64,000 bases of DNA, from contig NMRA01000374.1 in assembly GCA_002633005.1 (NCBI GenBank), forward strand, positions 213,252 to 277,251. Direction: 5' to 3'. Positions 55,029 to 64,000 of the stretch are shown here, in pieces. Numbering within the stretch: the first letter of the stretch is position 1; every line of letters starts with the position of its first letter. The notes under the pieces were generated by a model. It saw only the letters and a program-made list of their open reading frames with translations. It did no database searches and was not told the origin of the DNA. Made by a program: the position numbers and the translations under genes. Source of the stretch: Phoronis australis. Lineage: Eukaryota; Animalia; Phoronida.

Positions 55029-57614
55029 GTACGTTCTCATTGGCGGAACGGAGCCGGGACAGATTCGAGGTTTGCGTACTTTTGTTTCTCCGCGCATGAT
55101 TAGGGAGTTTGCGCGGGTTTTGGTCGCGAAACGAAATGTGTCGATTTCCCCCTAAATAATCGACACATTTTAAAATGCGCGTTTTCACTATTCCTTATAT
55201 CCTGCCACTGTTGGAATTCTGCCTTCTAAATTAACCAGTTACTGCTGAATAACAAGCATCATTTTTGGTAGTCACTAGTTTGCATTTATTTTTTTCTGAA
55301 GGCAAATGTCTTTTCTTATACATGTAGTACATTTAAGAAAAGGACCTGTGCATTACCACGAGCGACCTCAGCTTCTGATGGTCCCCAATACACTACATAT
55401 AACACTACAAGGTAAGACACTCGGGACTAGAAATTTCACGGGTGCTTCGATTCAGCCATCCATATCAAACAAATAAATCAATAAATTTACACAAAACAGC
55501 GGTTCAACAAACCATGAGCAATTGTTCTTTCTTAACATTCACGGTGTCTTGCTCTACAGCAAGTTTGCTAGAAATTCGCAGTCAAAGCAGAAAAATGTTC
55601 CCAAAATGCCCAAATTACACATCGCTCTTTGACAGTTTGAGATCAAGGACGGTACGGAAATTGCCGGCTTGTTGCGTTAAGTCACGAAGTAGGGGTAATG
55701 CATCCGATTATGTATGGAGGAGAAAATTTGTGTGAGATGGTGAGGGACAAAAAGTTGAGCAATCAGAAAGTTGTGAATTTGAAAGAAATTTCTAAGCTGT
55801 TGAACATAGACATTAAGCTATGTAAGCGTAAATATGAATTTTTGAATACTGTTACAGGTTACTTAAAGATGTGCGCTTGCCATGCTGATGTCTAGAATAG
55901 ATTTTTTAAAGGATATATGTGTTCACCCCTTCATCAGCGGGTGTTGACCGAGGTTGGGGTTGTGGGTAGGCATTGTGATGTTTGTAGGAATGGGAAANNN
56001 NNNNNNNNNNNNNNNNNNNNNNNNNNNNNNNNNNNNNNNNNNNNNNNNNNNNNNNNNNNNNNNNNNNNNNNNNNNNNNNNNNNNNNNNNNNNNCCACGTC
56101 GCCAGTCCCCGCAACTTCTGTTCGGCCCGCCTGTGCATATGATTGCGCTATGCCCAATTCTCCGAGGCAACATCTTGCCCCCCCCCCACCTTAATTATGG
56201 TATACTAGATCCACCAATGAGAGTAACCTTTAAAAAATAATGTGGAGTTCCTGTTGATGGGAAATAGTGATCATAAATTGAGGTGTTCTATAAAATTGAA
56301 ACCGAAAGCACATTGTTCTTGGTGGCGTGCAGCTTTGAATTGACATTGACGATTTTTATTGTGGGTACTCCAGTGTCTTACTATTAAATAAGAATAAACT
56401 CTGGTGCGATTTTTGGGGGGTGTGCATATATGGTATACAATGATTTAATTGTTCACAGAACACTTTTTCAAAATCGGGGGCTTTTTCAAAACTGTCTGTA
56501 GATTTCATAACTTGTGTAACTGAATCTTCTGCATAGAAAGTAACTATTCTACATTCGACAACTTGCACTGAAGTGTGTAGTTGTGCTATAAATTCCTTGA
56601 TATTTGGATATTTTGTAAAGAAATATTTGTACTTTGCTCACGTTGTGGCAACAAGTCTAATTGGCAAAAATATGCCCCCCTCCCTTTTAGCAAGTTTATT
56701 CTTTTGCCAATTTTGTACTGAATATTGTCAAAAATTCTACTCCATTATCCAAAAGACGTATATCAAAACGTCACCTTGACTTAACCGTTGGCTTTTGTTT
56801 AGCCAGCCTAGCCAGCTGCCTTTGTACCAAGGCTAGCTTTTGTTAAGCCTACGTTACGTCGACTTATGAGGGCATCACCGTACACGACCCAGTTCTTGAG
56901 ATGATAGCCAGTTGAAGGAGTGAATATTAGAAATTGCTTAATACATTATCAAACTACATGTATCAAGAATTTCAAACACAATCGCAACTTTCGTCGATTG
57001 ACTAGGAAATCGAATCTGGCGGGGCCTGCTAATGATCACTAAACACTGCTTAGTGCTATTGCATTAAGAGCAACCGATTCTAATTGAAGTAAATACAACA
57101 AATAAACATTGTTCTACTAATTATTAAATAAATACCATGTATCCGTACATAAATAAGAGCCAAATTTCGAAGGAAATCGCTGTACAAACGAACGCTACCG
57201 ACTTTTCCGGTTTTGGTAAACTGTTCAATTTTATGCTGGAGAGATTCATAGAATTGCCAAAAATTCTGCGTATTAGGCGGCATTTCACAGGAACTGTAGA
57301 AAAACTCCCACAAATTTGACGATGGAATATTTTTATTTTACCTTATTTTGGTAGAAAAAATATCTCACTTTATATAATTAGGAACTACTTTCTAATAAAA
57401 GCCTTTTGAAATTCCACACTTACTACCCATTTCCCTATTGGAATACATGGGAGTATTGGATGTGCTGTAATCCATACAAAAACATTTTTTGGATTTTTAA
57501 AATAACTTTTTATTTTATTGTTTGGTATCCTTAATAAAACCCCATTGACAAAATCCATGAATTTTAACTTGCCTCCGCCGACCTCTGCAGGTTTTCTCAG
57601 ATAATGCCTCTTAA

Positions 57615-57870
57615 ATCGAAAGAAATCAGAAGTTAGAAAAGCCATCCGAGGCTACCGGTAAAACTACGTGAACTAGAGTTTGTACAGGACGATTGACGAC
57701 GAACAGGAAGGGGTCTAATAGGTTGAATAATTGAGTGATTAGTAAAAACTTACGAGTGAATGTACTGTAGACTGAGGCTGGGACAACCGAAAGCGGGAGA
57801 GGGAGAACAACCAGCGCTACCATCGGACAAGAAAGGTTGAAGGGGTGTAGAATAATATTTGCCCAAATAA
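57615..57870 (-). mobile_element. Probable displaced 5' end of the Ngaro/DIRS element
   Basis: Purine-rich plus-strand composition like 51780-51902 resumes directly after the Sola3 TTAA; inferred from composition only. Confidence 0.4.
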
Positions 57871-57984
57871 TAGGATTTATGTCAGAGTGTCATAAATCTC
57901 ATTATTGCACTGGATGGTGTTACATTGAGAACTAGAAAGATTATTGTCACGGCGTGGCAATAATGGACTCTGCGCGTGCGTATT

Positions 57985-59305
57985 AAAGGGATTGTTATGG
58001 GAAGTTACTGACAGCAACCTGTTCACCAATATGAAAAGACATTCTTTAAAATTATTGGAGAAATTACATGTTAATATTGTGATGACCTTTCCACTAAATG
58101 ACCTCTTCCGGTGCATTATGAACCCCGATGAGGGAATAATTGTAAAACCAATTTCAAGTGTGATTAATTTTAAGAATCACAGATGTTTGACTTTAAGCAC
58201 TTAAGAATACAACATGAATGAATTGGTCAAACTTTCAGAAAAAAATGCACCTAATGACCCCATGGGTTCACCAAATGACCCAAAAATTTAAAATGCAAAC
58301 TCAATCGCATTTAGTAAACAGATATGTAATTTTGAAGTCGCTAGCTCAAAATTTTAATTTTGCACTCAATGACTTTTGAACTATTTTTTCTGATTGGTTA
58401 GGCCTATTGCGTAGTTAAGTAGCTTGTTCAATTGGCATGTTGACTTACACTAGTGTGCTGAAATTGAAAAGAATTCCTTGAAAAACGTAAAAGATATAAC
58501 ATTTTGAACGTTAGATGACCTTTGCACTAATTGTCCCTATCCGGTGCCTTATAACCGTCTTTACGAGAATTATTGCAAAGCTCATGAAAAATGTGTTTAA
58601 TGCTGACAATCGCAGTTGTCTAACGGTTGACACATCAGAATACTTGGAGAATGAAAAGGTCAAATTTTCAGAAGAAAAATGCACCTAATGACCACATGTT
58701 TGCACTAAATGACCTGAAACTTTGGATTCCAAATCGAATTACATGTGCCAATCAGACCTGTGAATTTGAAGTGTCTAGCTCAAAATTTTAGTTTGCACCT
58801 AATGACCTTTGACCTGTTTAATCTCATTGGATGACCCGATTACTTAGAAAAGTAATTTTTAATTGCCTTATTGACTTATACCTGTGTACCGAATTTGAAA
58901 AGAATAGCTTTTAAAATAAAGAAGAAATAGCATTTTGAAAATTACATGGCCTTTGCACCAAGTAACCTCTTCCGGTGCATTATAATATATGATTATATAA
59001 CGAATCAAAATTCATGTACTGTCAAAAATCATATGCTGAATTTAAAGACTGTACCTGCACCCAATTTGGAGTTATTAAGCCTCAAAGTTGGTCGGAAGAA
59101 GAATAAGAAGAATTTCTGAAATTATTATTGGAAGTTACTGACAGCAACCCGTTTACCAATGGGAAAAGGAATTCTTTAAAATTGTAGGAGAAATTATATA
59201 TTAATTTTTTGATGACCTTTCCACTAAATGGCCTCTTCCGGTGCATTATGAGCCCCGATGAGGGAGTAATTGTTAACTCGATTAAAAGTGTGGTTAATGC
59301 TAACT
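57985..59305. repeat. Diverged TGACCT-rich tandem repeat (Helitron/HINE-like satellite)
   Basis: GATGACCTTTCCACTAAATG(A/G)CCTCTTCCGGTGCATTAT variants at ~58081, 58514, 58945, 59211; AAAATGCACCTAATGACC at ~58242 and ~58676 (~433-bp period); 57990-58165 closely resembles 59120-59298. Confidence 0.8.
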
Positions 59306-59624
59306 CAGATATATCAAACAACAGATTGGAAACATTCCCCAGTCGGCAAATGTGCTTTGAAGAAACCTTCGTTTCGGCTGAGATAGTCTAAACAATGTGT
59401 CGAAATTACCAACATCTGGTTTAAATCGCCCGCCACAACTCATAAGCGGTGTCACGTGACGTATTTCAACATAATTTCTCTAGAGATTCGGAGCTCTTTC
59501 GCATTGAAGATAACTTTGACCTTTACATCCGCTGTATTTTTTATCCCGAGCGTGACAGTTTTCTTGTAAAATTTGTATCATTGTATTCACTTTAAGTCAC
59601 ATAGTTTCAATTACTGATTGACTT

Positions 59625-61282
59625 ATGTATTTGAGAGACCAGTTTGTATCTTTTGACGATGATGATTTTGACTGGCAAAGCATATTGGAGCTTGATGACG
59701 ACGAACGGAGCTCCACTTGTGGGTTTTCGTCTGCCACTGAAACTGCCGCAACGAGCTCAGGTGTACGTGGCCAGAAATCAGGAAAATCAAGGAAATCTGG
59801 TACGTTTCAAGGCAACTGCCTATCTCGTATTGAATAAATGTAGTCAACATGTCAGTAGAAATCGCCTGATTGAGGAACCGCCGCAACTCTGACCATTTTC
59901 CGTTGCACATTTATTGCGATTCAGCACCGATTCCCACCTTCGTTGACGTTGTTACCTTGTTGGTGTTAGTATCACGGTGTGTTGCATTACTGAGAGAAAA
60001 AAGACTCAGTATTTTCTTAGAAAGGGTTTCACTCTTTATTGCACAAAAGAACCACACTGTGAAACGGTTATATTGTTAATTTATTGTCACTGTATTTTAT
60101 TGTTAGTGAATCTATTATTGTTATTATTATTATTATTATCGTTAATGCTATTACTATTATAATTATTATTTTATAATGTTCTTGCAGGTTCAAAGTTGAG
60201 CACTCGATACACCAGAGACGTCTTTGAGGCTAATTTCCATGATTACATGACAGAGGCCAAGACAGAAATTGTAGGTGATCGTATTTTACAGCTGACCGAT
60301 TCTGGAAAGAAAGCTGTATATATTATTGGTCAGATCAACTCGGCTGAAAAGCCAAAATTTTTAATGAATTTTTTATATTCATCCTTGACAGCAGGAGATG
60401 ACCTTCATTTGCCAAGCTCAAGACGTGAAAAAATTCGGGAGGTTTTTCACCAGCAACGCATAGACTCGAGTTTCATTGCCCAGGGTGTGGAGTTTATGGA
60501 AAAATATGCCTCAAAAGAAGGTAACTATGTTTTGCGTCGCGTGTTTGCCACTTTTGTACGCACGCTTTTCCATCGTATTTCTGTGGCATGCGATTCAACA
60601 AACATGCCAACAGTCCAACCAAACAAAGCAAAAGAACTAACACCTACAGAAGAAAAAGCATTGCACTATGTTGGAGGGGCGATTTGTTCACGCTTGGAAA
60701 AGAAATTGAAAACTAAAGTCGGATGTGCAGGAGCTGAACAGTGCTTTAATTTGTTTAAGACTTTTTCTAATGGCGACGGTGATCAGCGTGACAGTGCCAT
60801 GAGCGAATGGACTGAAATGAAAAACTACAGTCACTGCGGTGGTTTGAAATTTATTAAAACAGAACTCTTCCATTTCCTGAAAGAAGTTGAAAGAATTGGT
60901 TGCCACTACTTACACCCTGACAAACTAGTCAATTATCATGGTGGTGACATTCGAGACAATAATGTCTTTTCCATTGTAACAGAAAGTGAGTTGTCTAAAA
61001 TTCTGGGATGACTTGTGCCAGAATACACCAGTTGATTATGACATTAAAATGGACGTCATGTCCATTGTAGTGAAATTTTATGTTACCCTCAGGGGTTATT
61101 CATTTCAAAAAGGATTAATGGAAATTTATCAGCACTTGTCATCCCAGAATGTTGCCCGTCAAAAGGCACTACGCAAATCATTAAGAATGACTAGGATATT
61201 TGGGCTGCAGGTTTTCTTAAAAACAGTGTTGAACAACAAATTATGTTTTTTCTCGAGCTTGTGTCTTGTGAAAACTGATTAG
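59625..61282 (+). CDS. P-element-associated second gene (acidic N-terminal exon plus a P/THAP9 C-terminal-domain-like exon); at least one frameshift
   Basis: Exon from ATG 59625 (DDDDFDWQSILELDDD); (TTA)n intron; acceptor TTCTTGCAG| at 60188; LTPTEEKALHYVGGAI..C..C..W..KN..GGLKF..EVER; frameshift at ~60990-61000; IVVKFYVTLRGYSF..KALRKSLR. Confidence 0.7.
60112..60175. repeat. (TTA)n microsatellite, intronic
   Basis: Imperfect TTATTATTA runs just upstream of the acceptor at 60188. Confidence 0.8.
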
Positions 61283-61910
61283 GTGAACTTTAATACAAGT
61301 GCAATACAGTATCAACTTGACAATATCAAGTTAATTTCTATTCATAGATATTCTTTTTTATGTCTTTTGTGCGATATGGCTGTATTTCGGGAGCAAATTT
61401 TCGGTTATACAGAATTTGTTAAATGCACAACACTTTTCATTGTTCACAGTCTTTATTTCGTTACGTTCGTACTTTCGGAACAAAACTCTACTCTCAACTG
61501 AACATAGATACAGTAACTGACCTAGCGACATAATTAAAAGACACACAATATTTCGAAACATACTTGTACGAACGTAACGGAATAAAGACATCAATGAAAT
61601 TCGAACATTGGTCATTGAGTGGAGTTTGATCTTGAATGGTTCGCATGTTTACTTTTGTCTCTATTAGTTTGAACATGAAGCTGTCAAGGGAAAAGTAGTA
61701 CATTAGTGTACCAACTATTCATGAAACAACAATAAATTGCAACATGTGCACATGTAAAATACATTTTCAACTGTTGTTGCTTTTAAGAGGCTAACCAATT
61801 TCAATAAATATTACAGACAACCAACAAATTACACCAGTTCAAATGGCTGCAGACAAGTTTTCAGTGCAGTAGCAATCCCCGTGCATTAGAATTGCTTTTC
61901 AGTAACGGTA

Positions 61911-63953
61911 TCATCGTGAATTCTTTCTCTTTGGAATTGCACTGTTGTCAACTACGATGTTGCGTGGTCCCTTCTTTTGACTGCCACAGTTACCAGTAAA
62001 TGGTGCACATGCACTAGATTTTTGCAGCCTCAGAGAAGCAGCATTGTAGTTGAACTGATGTACAGTAGGGTTGTCGCTAAAACCACCAGCACTTCTTTGG
62101 AGGGAGAAATATTGTTCAAGTGGATCCTGATTAAAGTTTTCGCTTAAAACAAATTGAGCACCATTGTTCAGGAGAAATTTGCATGCTTCAATGAATGAGT
62201 GAACGGTAATTTGTATACCCTCCAATGTTTGAAAACTCAACAACATTTTACTTTTTTCTGATTTACTGAATCCAGGCCTGTTTTGCACTTCATTTGTCCA
62301 AGCTTTGAGGTCCTCGAGAAAAACATGTTCCAACCAATGAAACCGAACATCATCCAAAGTGACATATGGAGCAAGGAATTGCTTCCCTCTCTCATGCTCA
62401 TACAGAGACCGTACATTCAGACAATCAAAGAACATATCAAAGTTTCTAATGAATTTAACAGTTTCTGATACTTCATTACCAAACAGCATTTCTAATGCAC
62501 TTGCAACGGTTGCACTGATTACTTGAGTGGCATAAGAAACCCTCATAGTGCCGAAAGAAGTGAGGTAGATGTGAGCTCGTGACAGCTTGGGAGCAAGCCG
62601 TAAAACTGCACTTTGTTCGTGGTGGTAGAGTTTGATGACATGCTCCCATGAAATATATTTACCATTGCGCCACAATGCTCTACTTCGCTTGTGGGCAAAA
62701 CTATTAGAAAAGCAATTTCTAGTTGTTTTGATGAGGTGCGGAGCATCTGAGAAAAAGAACAATTCACGACCATCTTCAGCCCAGGGGTTATAAGTTTTGT
62801 ACACTATTGAGTTGGCACCTTGTTTGTGAATTTTAAAGAACTTTCTATTTGGTGTCGCTCCATCTCCTGTTATACTTAAGACTTTGAATTCTAACCACTC
62901 CAGTCGCTCAACTGCTTCCCATAAAATGGGGAAAAGATGCTGTGACTTTGCACCCGTTGTGGGAAAGTGAGCAAAAACCATTTTAAAGTTACATTCTAGT
63001 CCTCTGGTCATAATTACTAGCATGTGTGTGACAACATCAGGCATGATTGGCCCATCTGCGTTTAGAGCCCGCTCCAGATCATCCATGTGATTGGCAACAT
63101 TCCCGAGATCAACAAAACCAATTAACTCTCCCGAGTGCTTGTCAAACACAAGGTTTGACTTCAGTTTTACCTCGTCCATAAGTATGCCTACAAACATGTC
63201 TACTTTTCCTTTCTTCTTCATTTCAGCTTGCATCATAGCAAAAACATGTTCTTGAAATCCTGACTCAGTTTTGAAAACATTAGTGTAGTCTCTTAGAGTT
63301 CGCTGAGAGGGCAACTTGATGCAACCAGAATTACGCAAAGTTTCATAAGCTGCACTAGATTTGAATTTCAAACTGAGAGCCCAGCGGATTACCATGGGGT
63401 GCCAACGGATACTTTTGGCATTTTTGGCACATGTGGCTTTCATTTGCTGGTCCCAAAAGAGTGCAGCAAAAGAGCTTGGAGGAAACGAATGTTCGCTTTT
63501 TTGTTCATTTACACTCTGCTGAATGTCAGATGCTGTTTCAGAGTCAAGGTTTACACCGTCTAATTGTATACTGTCCTGCATTCGTTTCTCCAGGCGAACA
63601 ATGCGTTGTTTAAGTGTTTCGTTTTGGAGAGTCCTAGACTTTAGCCGATTCATCAGCTGAGTTGAATCAAGGTGAACCAGAGGTGTGCTAGAAGAAGGAC
63701 TTTCGACGTTGTCCACGTTACGTCGCTTTCGGGAAAGGATTGCCCTCAGTGTGTTCCGAAACTGTGAACAGCTGGAAAACCTGCTTTCACCTTTAACTAG
63801 CATGGCACAGTTCACAGACCTTACTGTTGAAATATACGTCTCTCCATAGTTAGTGTTCTCTAAGAAGCCATTTTTGCTTTTCGATATGCAACTTTGAAAC
63901 TGTTCATCAGAATTACCACAGCAAACGCTAAACTCAGAAATCAAACTTATCAC
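61911..63953 (-). CDS. P-element/THAP9-family DDE transposase (N-terminus probably beyond the window)
   Basis: Uninterrupted 680-aa ORF: RWHPMVIRWAL..AAYETLR..LPSQRTLRDY, ILMDEVKLK (D), ITGDGATPNR (D), SDAPHLIKTTRN, PKLSRAHI..MRVSYATQV, NQDPLEQYFSLQR (E), GGFSDNPT. Confidence 0.93.
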   Translation of the reverse strand: MISLISEFSVCCGNSDEQFQSCISKSKNGFLENTNYGETYISTVRSVNCAMLVKGESRFSSCSQFRNTLRAILSRKRRNVDNVESPSSSTPLVHLDSTQLMNRLKSRTLQNETLKQRIVRLEKRMQDSIQLDGVNLDSETASDIQQSVNEQKSEHSFPPSSFAALFWDQQMKATCAKNAKSIRWHPMVIRWALSLKFKSSAAYETLRNSGCIKLPSQRTLRDYTNVFKTESGFQEHVFAMMQAEMKKKGKVDMFVGILMDEVKLKSNLVFDKHSGELIGFVDLGNVANHMDDLERALNADGPIMPDVVTHMLVIMTRGLECNFKMVFAHFPTTGAKSQHLFPILWEAVERLEWLEFKVLSITGDGATPNRKFFKIHKQGANSIVYKTYNPWAEDGRELFFFSDAPHLIKTTRNCFSNSFAHKRSRALWRNGKYISWEHVIKLYHHEQSAVLRLAPKLSRAHIYLTSFGTMRVSYATQVISATVASALEMLFGNEVSETVKFIRNFDMFFDCLNVRSLYEHERGKQFLAPYVTLDDVRFHWLEHVFLEDLKAWTNEVQNRPGFSKSEKSKMLLSFQTLEGIQITVHSFIEACKFLLNNGAQFVLSENFNQDPLEQYFSLQRSAGGFSDNPTVHQFNYNAASLRLQKSSACAPFTGNCGSQKKGPRNIVVDNSAIPKRKNSR

Positions 63954-64000
63954 CTTATGAACATTTTCTTGAGTTAAGAAAGGGGGATCTATACATTTGA

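Larger units (their letters stand above)
53140..55210. mobile_element. TIR element (possibly hAT-like) carrying an internal satellite, nested in Sola3 copy C
   Basis: ~100-bp imperfect TIR TGGCA(A/G)GATATA..GTGAAAACG(T/C)GCATTTTAAAATGTGTCG..AATCGAC(G/A)CATTTCGTTTC; right end reads CAGTGGCAG on the minus strand. Confidence 0.75.
51907..57610 (+). mobile_element. Sola3-like DNA transposon (copy C), internally deleted
   Basis: TTAA|GAGGCATTATTTGAGAAAACCTGCA ... TGCAGGTTTTCTCAGATAATGCCTC|TTAA; N-terminal relic CCSF..LLLNRA..VCPLHRNKFG..CAYPDH..ILPIGS (52684-53110); C-terminal relic NLCEMVRDKKL..MCAC (55698-55895). Confidence 0.82.

Noticed and set aside
53181-55188. Many overlapping ORFs in the GC-rich array
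   Set aside because: By-product of stop-poor satellite sequence

Overview
Eukaryotic (animal, probably marine invertebrate; inference) genomic DNA: AT-rich, with spliceosomal introns and four N-gaps. It is mostly a nested patchwork of transposable elements. The only clear host-type gene is a minus-strand, two-coding-exon F5/8 type C (discoidin) single-domain protein (29208-28855 joined to 20800-20660). DNA transposons: three unrelated Sola3-like elements (TTAA-flanked, GAG/GAA termini), two ISL2EU/Harbinger-like elements with THAP relics, a Kolobok-like element, piggyBac relics, and hAT-like MITEs, one of which carries a ~260-bp satellite. Retroelements: a Ngaro/DIRS element, RTE, CR1/L2-type and other LINE fragments, a Gypsy PBS/gag fragment, and Penelope fragments with two minimal hammerhead ribozymes. 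At the right end is an uninterrupted P-element/THAP9-type transposase ORF. The most notable observation is that this transposase lacks the usual C-terminal domain, while a separate, convergent, intron-containing gene next to it encodes a protein resembling that domain. This suggests a split two-gene P-element system. All assignments come from reading motifs by eye; no database searches were run.
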